From Marsupella aquatica (Eukaryota > Plantae > Marchantiophyta), in the NCBI GenBank assembly GCA_973895155.1, contig OZ316893.1, positions 24,541,520 through 24,605,519 of the forward strand: 64,000 nucleotides of DNA. The letters are read 5' to 3'. Below are positions 41,570 through 53,100 of this stretch, piece after piece. The notes below the pieces were generated by a model that saw nothing but the letters and a program-made list of their open reading frames with translations, made no database searches and was not told where the DNA came from. Every line of letters starts with the position of its first letter. Positions within the stretch are counted from its first letter, which is position 1. The position numbers and the translations under genes were made by a program.

Positions 41570-43741
41570 CTAGCACGACCAAGCAGATGCAGTGAGAAGA
41601 AGGCGTTCTTGCCATCCCAGACAGATGGAGCCTTCTCTCTCGTGCAGTCTGTAGCCCTCGCATGGAGAAAATTGGAGCAGTAGTTTCGCCTGGCTGACAG
41701 CATGGGCACTGAGGGGAACTTGGTAAAATCCAGCCATCTCCATTCTCTGTTGCCAGAGATCAAACGTCTCGTGTCTTTCGACGCGTTCGTTTCCGTCGCT
41801 GACCACAATGTTCTTGATCTGCTGGGCGAAGAACAACTGCTCAACCTTCACGCGTTCCTCGTTCTGCTGAGGTAAAGATGCGTCCAGCGAGTCGAAGACA
41901 GCAGCATAGTAATGTAAAGCCTCCATGAATCGCCCCAGGAAAGACGGTGCGTTGTGGTTGGCCTCTTGCTCCACCAAAGTCACCACAACGGGCTTCAGTC
42001 TCCTACAAAGTAAATGCATGAACCGGTGAAGAGTCTCTCCGGAGGTGGGATTGAGTAATCGGTGTAGCTGTAGAACAGCATTCACTGCTAGGGCCTCTCC
42101 AAATCTGGGAGCAAGCACTTCCGGAGTGAGACTTTCAAGTTTCTCCTCAATCACGGACTGAAACTCGAACGGAACACCAAAACTCGCTGCAAAACTCGTC
42201 AACCTCCTTCCCGTCTCACGAACAACATTAGCGTGCTTCCCTACTCCCGTGATGCGGAGTTGCGGCGGGCCACCTTGCCGTGATGCCAACGCTTGTATCA
42301 AGGACGGCCACTGGAACCCTTGCATAATATCTAGATCTACGACATGTACAAACTTCTGCCCCTCGACCGCTTCCAGAATGGCCTGATTTGCCGTGAAATG
42401 TGCGAACTGGAAGTAAGGGGCCACCTTGTAAAGTGTTGTGAAGGCCGAGCAATATTGTTCTGTGGAAGGTTGAACCATGAGGTTAGAATACATGGAGGAA
42501 TCCTTGCTCACGATACGGGCAGCCAAACCTTCGGCGAAGTACGCTGCCACTCGCTGCATAGAATCTCCATAGAGAGACGCGCCTTGATATAGCTCTCCCA
42601 AAATCCGAGCCGCCGACTTTACGTTCAGTTGTGCTGTTGCGTCTGCACATTTTAGAAGTAGATGAACGAGCTGCAACCCGTGGGCTTCCAGGCCGGTGTC
42701 CAAGTCACGCAACAGCAAGCTTTGTTGATTCAGTGCCTCAGCATCCAGTCCTGTACATGTGAGAGGCTGAAACTTCGCTACTCTCTTAGCCTCCAGGATT
42801 TTGGCTGTCGGTTTGAGAGAGTCCAACTGCAGTGTGAGTTGAAACTCTGGCTCGTCCCCTCGATGTCTGACTGGACTGATACGCCCGCTGGAAGAATGTG
42901 TGCCAGCGTCTGCAGCACCACCATCAGCGCTATCAGCCCGACAAGGCAGTGAAGCAATCGTCACAGCATCTCGCATGTTAGACTGAGCACCGTCGTTCCC
43001 AGAGGCTGGATGAACCTTGGAGAATCTGAATGGAACGAACGTGCCAACGCGACCTAGCGTCGATGGTGATTGGACATCATGTTCCTGGGAAGCACTACAA
43101 CTTTCGGAATTCGTTGTCGACGAATTTGAGACTGGAAGACTCAAACTCAGCAAGTCCTTGTCAATCCCACCGGCAGCGAGGTTTTCCGTCCTTTGAATCT
43201 TCAGTGGATTTTGAGCAGCTTCAGCACTGGGCTGTGTGGACTCCGAGCTTGTGTGACTCCGTGACAACCTTAGTTCAGGGTTGAACAATTCGTCCGATTC
43301 CAGCATACTCGACGCAGACCTCTTTCTCGCTGAAACCTGGGAAGTATTATCATCGGCACGAGAAATCGGGACACTCAAAAGCATTCCCAATTGTTTCCTG
43401 TCATCGTCCCCACCCCGTCCAATTTTCCATTTCTTTTCGTCACGAGAATTTTCCACTTTGACCGTTGGTGTCTTGTTCCATAAAGTCATCTCAACCTTTC
43501 TTCGGTGAACCTGTGATCCCAGGTCATGAAGTCTCTGGGCAGTTTGAAGCAAGCCCACCATCTGTAATGGATTCGCTAGCTGTTGTTCCTGCTTCACTTC
43601 GTTTACCTTGAAGAAATTGGTGAGCCTGGGAGATTTGATCAATTCGGCGTGGTTTATGTTCCCGAGATCGGACTTCAGCCAAGGTTGTTCCTGGGCCTCC
43701 CCAGTGAACGAACCAATTATCCCGTGTACCAAAGACGGCAT
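41570..43741 (-). CDS. GRAS-family transcription factor (SCR/RAM1/SCLA-like clade), 723 aa, single coding exon
   Basis: LVHLLLKCA, GDSMQRVAAYF, PYFQFAHFTANQAILEA, VHVVD (VHIID), LRITG, EQEANHN, RFMEALHYY (PFYRE) and C-terminal SAW. Confidence 0.95.
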   Translation of the reverse strand: MPSLVHGIIGSFTGEAQEQPWLKSDLGNINHAELIKSPRLTNFFKVNEVKQEQQLANPLQMVGLLQTAQRLHDLGSQVHRRKVEMTLWNKTPTVKVENSRDEKKWKIGRGGDDDRKQLGMLLSVPISRADDNTSQVSARKRSASSMLESDELFNPELRLSRSHTSSESTQPSAEAAQNPLKIQRTENLAAGGIDKDLLSLSLPVSNSSTTNSESCSASQEHDVQSPSTLGRVGTFVPFRFSKVHPASGNDGAQSNMRDAVTIASLPCRADSADGGAADAGTHSSSGRISPVRHRGDEPEFQLTLQLDSLKPTAKILEAKRVAKFQPLTCTGLDAEALNQQSLLLRDLDTGLEAHGLQLVHLLLKCADATAQLNVKSAARILGELYQGASLYGDSMQRVAAYFAEGLAARIVSKDSSMYSNLMVQPSTEQYCSAFTTLYKVAPYFQFAHFTANQAILEAVEGQKFVHVVDLDIMQGFQWPSLIQALASRQGGPPQLRITGVGKHANVVRETGRRLTSFAASFGVPFEFQSVIEEKLESLTPEVLAPRFGEALAVNAVLQLHRLLNPTSGETLHRFMHLLCRRLKPVVVTLVEQEANHNAPSFLGRFMEALHYYAAVFDSLDASLPQQNEERVKVEQLFFAQQIKNIVVSDGNERVERHETFDLWQQRMEMAGFYQVPLSAHAVSQAKLLLQFSPCEGYRLHEREGSICLGWQERLLLTASAWSC

Positions 43742-44833
43742 CGGCGGCTCCCCGTCCTGCTCTCCAGGTGAGTCGGTGCAGGCAGCGAGGGAGTGTTTAC
43801 GAACGGGACTAACGGGTAAAAGGGATGCACCCTAGCTATAAATCGTTCAGCAACAGAACCTGAAGATCCGTTGAAGCAATACACCTGATTGTTCACCTTG
43901 AAATCTGGACAAATTGCCTTGCCTTGCCTTGCCTGGTCTACTCTAGCTTTGTCCTCAGAATGATACTACCACTGTGAAAAAAAGTGAGATCGAGATCATG
44001 AATAATTAAGTCCACCGAGCAGTGCCACGCTCGCAGCACTGTCCACCTGAGCGGCTGTACAAAGGTCTCTGCAGGGCCGGCAACATTGAGGAACGACAGC
44101 CGATAGCAGTCCAAAGGCAACGTCGACGTACAGGTTTTAATTGTCTGCAAACCTCCGTGGTTCCCACCTTCACATGGTCAACACACAAGCTGTGATAGAC
44201 GTGCAGTAGGTACTCCTCCGACCAAATTGTTCAAACGTCTCCCTCCTTCAATATCTTCTCCGTGCTCCGAGAATACAAAATCTAAGGGAAGCGAACTAAA
44301 TACGCGAGGAGCAAAGATTCCCAACGCTCAAGTCATCGTCACCTCAGGACATACGGATCCTATGCTTGTGGGATAGAGTGATCGAGAGAGGAGGCATCAT
44401 TCTGTCTAGCGGGAGGACCACGGAAGGTGAAGACACCTACATAGCTGGCCGTATGCTCCTGCAACAACAACGTGTGATTCACTGCTACTACTACTAAGTC
44501 AGTCAGCAAGTCAGCAGAAGCACGTCGAGCATGAATTCGCAGCAGCCACAGAACGATTCAGAGCTCGTCAACGAGCAATCTCCACGCACGAGAGAACAAC
44601 TCCAGCCTCTCTCAACACCTCGTCTCTCGCGATGCTCCAATTGGGTATTCCTTCAATTCCTTCATTCATTCATCCAAGCATCCATCCATCCCTCCCTCCC
44701 TCCCTCCAAATGAATAAAATGCACTTCACCAACTCAATTCAATCAATCCACCCAAAGCACCACTCCACGAGTCACGAGTCACGAGTCACGAGTCGGGCTT
44801 CAGCGAAAGAGAACAGCAATTGCGAACGTGCGG

Positions 44834-44841
44834 TATATATA
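44834..44841 (-). promoter_or_regulatory. Candidate TATA box of the GRAS gene
   Basis: TATATATA ~1.1 kb upstream of the ATG, next to GAGTCAC repeats and a GC-rich GGCCC-containing block. Confidence 0.35.
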
Positions 44842-45649
44842 ACGGCCGTTGTCCACCCCACCTCATCACGGGACGTAGCGCGATAACTGATGCGGTTAAC
44901 TCCCAGTCCAACGTCTCAACCGCAGCCAGTCACCAGCCACCCGGCCCACCCGGCCAAGGCCCACCAGGCCCCCGGCTTTCCCGGCCCAGGCCCCCCGCCC
45001 AGCCTAGCCCTACGCAGCCCCTAGATACCTCAGACAAATAATCTGGCGTCTTGTCGGACGAAAAAAGCAGTTACTGTAGAGAGGAGATTAACGGCTTTTC
45101 CGGCATTCAGCTGTAAATCAACCACACTAACCTCCAAAATGATCCGCGACTATTATATTGTGGGGGAGATGCGAGATGCTTATCCATTATTGCCATTGCG
45201 TTATTTGCGTCGTTAAGGGACGGTACGGCCCCACCTAGATTAGCACCTAGGGAAATAAAGTGGTCATAGCTTTCCTATAATTATGACACCTTGTTCTCTC
45301 CTTTTTGTTTTTGGATAGATGCTTTCTATTCTCTGAGAATTTGATGCTTCGACCCACACCGCGTACATTTGACCCGAGTACTCTCATTGACCAGTTATAA
45401 TATTACTGAATGGACACCTATTTACTGGCAGAACGACTACTCTACTTGATGGAGCAGGAATCATTATCCCTTTTTCTCGTTTGGATGAATTTTTGGTGGT
45501 GCACAACATGTGATGTGAGAGCTCATGAAGATATCCTCCATTGCCAGTGGGGCTTTCCTGAATCGCAGCGCATCTGGCTTTGGATTCAGTTTGTGATTTG
45601 TAGGGTATTTTAGACACAGGGTCAGGTCTTTTCATTTTGGGGTTGCGCA

Positions 45650-45985
45650 GGCTCTGTTGGGTGCACCAATTCCCAATTTGGGGCTCTGTTGGGTGCACCA
45701 ATTCTCAATTTGGGGACGTGGTTTACCTCTTAAACTCTGGTATTTGGCTAGAGGAATCATTCTCAATTTGGGACATGCTTTCCCTCTTAAACTCTGGTAT
45801 TTGGCTAGAGGAATCATTCTCAATTTGGGACATGCTTTCCCTCTTAAACTCTGGATTTGGCTAGAGGAATCATTTTCAATTTGGGAGGTGCTTTCCCTCT
45901 TAAACTCTGGAATTTGGCTAGAGGAATCGTTTTCAATTTGGGAGATGGTTTCCCTCTTAAACCCTGGAATTTGGCTAGAGGAATT
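45650..45985. repeat. 58-bp tandem repeat (~5 units) plus two shorter units
   Basis: TTCCCTCTTAAACTCTGG.ATTTGGCTAGAGGAATCATT.TCAATTTGGGA repeated head-to-tail. Confidence 0.92.
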
Positions 45986-47440
45986 ACCAACTGGCAATAG
46001 TGGAAATCCAGATGCTCACTGGAGAAAGAGAAAGTATGTATTTCACATGTGGGGATTCGGCATAAGATATGGCACCAGCTCTGACTTTGTATTAGAATTG
46101 CTTGGAAACATGGACTGGTGCTAGAGAAGAACGGTGGGCGCTGCAGATTGGAGCTGGTTAGTAGGATGATTCGGGACTGTGGTTGGCTTGAAGCATTATA
46201 TAGCCTGCAGGATGTTTTGCTTGCGATTACCTCTGATCCATAGTGGTTTTTTGATCCACCTTGATCTGTTAGTTTTCTTGTACTCATGCTCATTTTTTAT
46301 TTTGCTGTGAGCAGAGTATGGTAGTTAGTGGTATGTACTTAGCAGTCTTTGCGAATGGATTATCCTCCTGTGGATTTTTGTCAGAGTGCAGTAGTTCACA
46401 TCTTGGTTTTATGGCTTGATTTCTCCCTGCACTCTGGTTGAGTTGGCCCTCAGATTTGTTGGTCTCTTTTTAGTGTGTATTTGGTGTGTGACGGTGGTTT
46501 ATCACTGTTCCTTCCTTTGCTTTTTCCCTCTCTTTGGTAGATGTTGGCCTTGGCCCTTGTCTGGTCGGGCCTGTTACTCCCGGATTTATTGGGAATTTAC
46601 TTTTCTCATGAGTGAAATGTTTGGTTCAAGAAAAAAAAAATGGACACCTAAACAATCAGGGTACATAGGAAGGAAAGTTGCTGTGACAATAGGTCTGTGA
46701 CACATGTCACACGCGTCCCTCTCCACCAGCCCCCCACCACCGGCTCCTTCCCCTGCTACCCACCCCAGGCTAGCCTACTAGAATATGGCTTGGGTTTTTT
46801 ATTAGCTTACATTACTTGACTTTCCTCCTGCGCGTGACATGGTGCAGTCAACCATTTGATGCTGGTACATGCAAGTTTACACGTCCATCCAAGCATCTTT
46901 GATTTACCAGGCCCGTGACCAAAAAGGTTTGGTCACAAAAGTTGAACAGTTGCAAATGCCCACTCTTTAATATTGTACACTATATTTTGCAGAATAGTGC
47001 GTAAAAATTCACATGCGCAGAAAAAAGATCTGGAGGCATTTTCGAGCCCCCACCACAAAGCTGAAATATTTTTACATTTGTGATGGAACCCTATGGATGA
47101 ACCTTGGAATAATTTTCACATTTGTGATAAGTTACACAGAAACCCCATGGATGAAGGGGGCGAAAGGCACAACTCTCACAGAGGAGGGGGGTTGATTTTT
47201 GACCGATTGTGCTAATGCTAATATTTGGAGTATCTTTTGGTAGTTCAAATTCATTTTGTACTAGAGTCTCACACGTTGTGTATATTGCTATATTCTCTAA
47301 CCCCAGGATCTTCCCATTGTGGAAATTTTAGACCGCACCCTTGATCAAGGCTTTTCAACTCAAACAAAGGAAGCAAAATTTCCAAATACCTCCTTGTTGA
47401 GTCAAAGAGTAGGTTGACAGGTCACTTGAGTGGGGCCTGG

Positions 47441-47690
47441 TGGTCCAGCTCGAGTGGCCAGGGGATTAGGATTGGGACCACCAGGTCTTAGGGTCAAGTC
47501 CTCGTCTCTCACTAGGTGTGTTAGAGGGGTGGGTTAGGCCATGACCTTGCAGATCACAAAGAGTTGGGTTCTTCAAAGATCTCAGTTGGAAAGGAGAAAA
47601 CAAAGAGTACTCTCTCAGATGGAATGGCTGTGAGCAACACGAGGGGATCCTCTGGTTCAGATTTAGTGCTCAGATGAGAAGTGAAAAAAC
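47441..47690 (+). mobile_element. Possible tRNA-derived SINE
   Basis: A-box-like CAGCTCGAGTGG and B-box-like GGGTCAAGTCC ~35 nt apart; short A-rich end. Confidence 0.35.
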
Positions 47691-48971
47691 TCCCTCCTCT
47701 AACAGAACATTTGGGGGATGGAATCATAATTTCATTGTTCTAAAAAATTGTTTGATTGTTATTACTGGCGCTTACTTCAAGAGAGAGACATGGGATGCTA
47801 TACATTTTGCGTTTCAAAACAAAGATACTCATTCAGACGTGTACTGTAGTTGACTTCTGTGTAATGTTTTTGGACGTAGTTTTTGTTTGGTGGTTGATTG
47901 ATGGACTCTCGATGTAGATCTCTAGAACTGGGGTTCCATCACCTTGTCTTTCTCTTAGGCGAAGTTGGTGAGGTGATTCACTAGAGTGAAGGCAACCAGA
48001 ATCAATCATGTAAACTATTCGTTCCCACTATTGTATTCAGTTCTCATACGTTCCTTCTATTCCCAACCGACATGCGCATCATTTTTGTTTGGTGCTTAGT
48101 TTACTCCTCCGTCTTTCTTGAAGCAGTCTTGTCATACAATCAAAGTTTTCTTGACACGCCCCAAAAATCCTGCAAGAGAAGCTGTCGGACGTCCTTTCCA
48201 GGACGATCAATTCATCCGGTCGTCCTACGTGATATCAAATTTCAACTGCAAATGCCAGCGTGGTATATTTCTAATTTCAATGCGAGGACAAAGGGTTTGA
48301 GCACCCTGACATCCACAGCACAGCAGAAATTTGCCAGACTCAGCTACTGTAGTTTGGGGCAGCAATTGCCACTTGGTGATCGTTCTGCCGCCATGAATCA
48401 GTGGCAACGGTCTCCCTCCCACTTCTCTTACGCCAAACTGACGCCAAACTGTTTTGAATTGTTAATGGAATTGTTGTGATCTTCGTTCAAGGCAAAAAAG
48501 CAAACTCCTTAACTCACGCCAAACCGTTTTCACGAATTCTCAATGGATGGAGTCCGTGGCAATACTTCCAACTCTAAAAACAAACGCAGGCCAAACTTGG
48601 CAAACTCCTTCACCCCAACCTCACGCCAAATTCTGGGCAATTGTCGTGACTCATGCAGCTCCGGAGTGCCAAGTGTGGTCTGGCCCGTCTTCTGTAGAGG
48701 CAAACTCGGCCTCTGACAGAACTCAAAGGTCTAATGCTCCGTTTAGCAGCTACAAACCAACGAACAAACGACTGCATCTTAGACAAGGTCAAAAATTGAA
48801 TCAATCAACAATCCCTTGTCGTTGTTTCCGGAGCAAAGCTCCAGGTGTAGTTTAAAGCTCGGGAATCACGGGGCCGCAGCGATGATCTTGCTGCTCCACG
48901 GTGGATTGTCACTGGGGTCATGCAGTCTCCACCGTTTTTCTCATGTGTATCACTCACCCACCTCGCATAGA

Positions 48972-48995
48972 CCTAAACCCTAAACCCTAAACCCT
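48972..48995 (-). repeat. Short interstitial plant telomeric repeat (TTTAGGG)x3 / telo-box
   Basis: CCTAAACCCTAAACCCTAAACCCT. Confidence 0.7.
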
Positions 48996-49909
48996 CTTTG
49001 AGATGATTCACCAACCTTCGTTGCTTGCTCTCTGGATTTTCCAGGGGCCCGGCAATACAGTATTCGTCTCTTTAATGTTTGCCTCGAAAAAGCCATTCAA
49101 GTGAATTCCATTCAAATACACAGCATACTGCTTGTCTCAAGGCAGAACGATCAACCTGGAGCCCACTTCTGTAGTATTAGATACTGCTGCTCAGGGAAGC
49201 TTGATGGGTCCGTTGACGAGGTCGCCTGGCTATGGCGGTCGCATGGGATCTCAGTCATGCAGAATCGGCAGCCGTCGTCACAGACAAAAAACAGAGAAGG
49301 GCCAGTAGTAGTAGTACAGAAGTGCAACGGGTAGTCCCGTGCGTTCGTTGCATTATTCCCTTCACGGTGAGAGCAAGACGAACGATTCCCGCCCGTTCTT
49401 TCGATCCACGGGCGGCTTCCTTCGCTCGGTATTCTCGCTGGTTCGGAGCGCGGAAGCTCGCAGCCTCGTCCAAGACGACACGAAGCCCGAACCTCGTGCA
49501 CATCACTACGCAGTTAGTGATGTCCGACTGACCCAGCAAAGCAACACGTCAGATCCGCGCAGTCTCGATGACGATCGACGACGGAAATCGCGCGAGCGCC
49601 TCGGACAGGCCGTCCTGATCCGTAGATCCCGTACGCGGCTAACTGCAGCGGCTGACTAGATCTGTGCGGAGATTCCAGGGCTGCTTGTCCGGTTTCATTG
49701 CCGCTCTCTGCCACCGGCCCAGTGCCCCAACTGGGACCTGTACTGGTCCAAACTCTCCGGATCTCGATGTGGGTTCCATGCTGGGACTCGCCCCCGTGGA
49801 CTCTAGCTGTCTTTGCATTTGCAACGAGCTGTTTTCTATGGTACTGTTGTACAAGTAACAAGGTCGACGGTGAAACTCGGTTCTGAAAGAGATTCTTCAC
49901 ACTTTTTCT

Positions 49910-50182
49910 GCCTTGAAAGCAGAAGAGGGAGAATACTCTTGTAGAGGTGCTGGAATACTCTTGTAGAGGTGCTGCTCCGGAGCACGCCGATGCTCTAGGG
50001 TATAAGGGGATGATACCCAGGGAGAGAATATTAAACCAGAGTTCCAAAGGGGCTGAAGAGAAATGTGTACTTCCACCTCTACACCCACATACCCTCCACA
50101 CCCCATTTGTGTGGAGTGGAGATTGAACCTGGGACCTCTGGGTTCTAGGGTAAGGCCCTGACCAACTGAAGATTCTCCACAT
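49910..50182 (-). mobile_element. tRNA-derived SINE-like element
   Basis: Minus strand has A-box-like CTTCAGTTGGT and B-box GGTTCAATCTCC at tRNA-like spacing, followed by a non-tRNA body. Confidence 0.5.
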
Positions 50183-50189
50183 TTCACTT

Positions 50190-53100
50190 AATTTTGTGTT
50201 TTGTCTTCGATGTCTTGGACATGGAAGACAAAACAGACCAACATAAATGACCAGTTTGGTGCTAAGGATTGGAAGTGGGCCCTAGACTGCCATGGGGCCT
50301 TGCATGAAGGTGGCAACCTCTCCACTAGGTGCGGGACACTATAATCATCATTGTCCAACCACTAGTTGTCCCATGAACACTTTGGAGCCATCTTTTTGCG
50401 TTTACTTAAAGCATGATAGAACCTTGGGGAAATCACTCCCAAGTCATACAGATTTGGAGTGATTTGCCAAAAGTGTCACCGTGGTTGAATACCATCATTA
50501 TCAATGGCAAATTGAGCCTTTTGTTTTGTCTCTCCAAGAAGTAAAGCAATGTCACCAATCAATGGAAGGTTGTTGTCCTTCTATGTAAGTGTGTGATTTT
50601 TGTGTTGATGTTTTGATGGGGATACTCCATTTTGCATATGAATAGTGTCGGGGCATTGTGAGTAGGTGTTGTAATCTTCATTGGGTTATTTTGGAGTAAT
50701 GTTGTGTCATTAGTGCCAATGACTACACTAAGGGTCATTTTGGGAGTCATTTTGGATGTCATTTGTACAAAATGACTGCATATGAGGTCATTAGACAGGT
50801 CCCTCATGATGTCATTATGTACCAGTAGAAATGACCCTTTTAGGTCTAGGAACTTTGGGTGAGCCCCAATGTGCCATGAGGCCCGCCATGGGGCCCTACA
50901 TGAAGGTGGTAACCCCTCCACTAGGTGCGGGACACTATACTCATCATTGTCCAACCACTAGTTGTTAGTTACATGAACATTTTGGACACATGTTTTCATG
51001 TTTACTTAAGGCATGATGCAACCTTGGGGAAATCATTCCCAAGTCGTACAACTTTGAGGTGATTTGCCAAAAGTGTCACCAAGGATTAATACCATCATTT
51101 GCAAAGGCAAATCGAGCCATTTGTTTTCTCTCTCCAAGAGGTAGCGCAACACCAATGGAAGGTTGTGGTCCTTCTATTTAACTATGTCATGTTTGTGATG
51201 GTGTTTGGATGGGGGATATGATATTTTGGGGATATTTTGCAAATAAATTGTGACGGGGCACTCTGGGAGGTAGTGTAATCTTTATTAGGTCATTTTGGAA
51301 CAAAGTTGTGTCATAAATGCCAATGACTACAAATAGGGTCATTGAAACTGTCATATAGGATGTCATATAGGTCAAATGACCAGACTTGTGGTCATTACAT
51401 TGGTCCCTTGTGGAGTCATTTAATTAGAAAAAGCTCAAATGACAAGGTTTGAGCTAGGGGCTGGAGGCGGGCCCCTAGAGTCATAAATGTGGTACTACAT
51501 AGAGCTGGGAACCTGCCTCCGGGTGCAGTACACTCTACTGTATACTATTCTCCATCCATTAGTTGTGGCATAAACCTGCACTTTGGGATATGGGGGTTCT
51601 CTTTTTGGAGGTACTTGTGCTTCATTGGGCCATTTGTGAACAATTCTACGTCAGAAATGTCAAATAATGACCTCCTATAATGTCATTGTGATTATGATAT
51701 GGGAGTACCAAATCACGCAAAATGGGGTCATTAGAGGAGTCCCTCATGCTGTCATTGAGGAAATAGGTTAAAATGACCCAACTGGCCAGGGCTAGGGGTA
51801 GAGGTGTTTAGAGTTTAGAGTGTAAACCTAAACCCTAAACAATGGAAAGGCTCTGTTTGGAGGGATGCAGTTCCTCATTGGCTCATTTGTGTGTTGTGTC
51901 ATAAATTCCATACAATGACAGAAAATGGGGTCATTGATGCTGAATACCCAACTATTTCATGCATTAACAATACCTAATGGCTATTTTGGTCCCAATTTTA
52001 GTCTTCCTTTGGCCCCCTCTTCTCCATGGTCCCATTCACCACAATATGGGTGAAATATGGATTAACTAGGGCGGTGAATGAGGACAATAGTCAGCAATAT
52101 TAATACTCCAAACAAACAAAGCAAAGGCCACAAATCAACTGCCTTACACCTGGGTTATTGCAAAATGAACATAGTGTAGGGAGTTTTTATCAAGTTCTTA
52201 ACGTACCAGGACGTACTAATAAATAAGCAAAAACAAAGCAAAAACATCATTAACTTGTTAAGGCAAGCTTAATACTAAATTTGCGAGTGTTAAACTTTAG
52301 TGTCTCCTTTGCTAACCTTTGCCACAAAGTTTCAATAATAATGAGGAACAAGAGGGAAATTTAATTGTTTGTGACTCAGTTGGTAGATGGACAAAATGTT
52401 TCTCTACAAATAAAGCTTTGTTTGGAGATATTCCACTTTACACAACATCTCTACTATCTGAAATGCTTGCACTTATGTAGAGAACCCATTCCCTGGGCCC
52501 CAACAAAGATACTGAAGCCCCCCTGCACGCATGAAGGTAATTTATATTTTATTGGCCTGTAATAATCATAATGCATTTTTTTTGAATGAAGGGATTATAT
52601 TAACCTTGGATTAGTATATTACAATACAAAAGCCTTATTATATCCATTCAAAATTTTATTTTTATTTCTAAGGAAAGGTGTGACATAGTCAACAAAAACA
52701 TGTGTCATTTTTATATTGGTCCACATGTCATTGCATAAAAGTAGGGGTTATGTAACTCAAAATATAAAATTAAATATTTTTGTAAGCTATTGAATCTACA
52801 CTCTGGGCATAGTGGAGGTTCACGGGCCGTCTGGGGTAGGTTTCACGGGTGGGGTGGGGCGTGGGCACGTTCTTGGTGAGAGGGATTTGAATCCTCCCAC
52901 GTGACCTCGCTTCCCTCCTGCACATTGTCCCTCATGCCCATCTTTAGCAGCCCCTGACCGCCATAGCTTTCCGTTGGAGAGTTGTGAGAGCGTGGGGAGG
53001 GATTGATGGTGGTTTGCGATGCTCTCGATCTAGATTTGTGGAAGGTCTGAAAAGAACAAGCAGATGTAGCTGTACGTGAACATTGCGCACAGTGGATTGG

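Noticed and set aside
41570-43741. miR171 target site as in HAM-type GRAS genes
   Set aside because: The GATATTGGCGCGGCTCA-type site was not seen in this CDS.
45650-45985. Regular 58-bp array and overlapping ORFs
   Set aside because: Head-to-tail minisatellite without unique spacers; the ORFs are by-products of the repeat.
47441-50182. Possible tRNA genes
   Set aside because: A/B boxes are present but I could not fold complete cloverleafs; treated as SINE-like.
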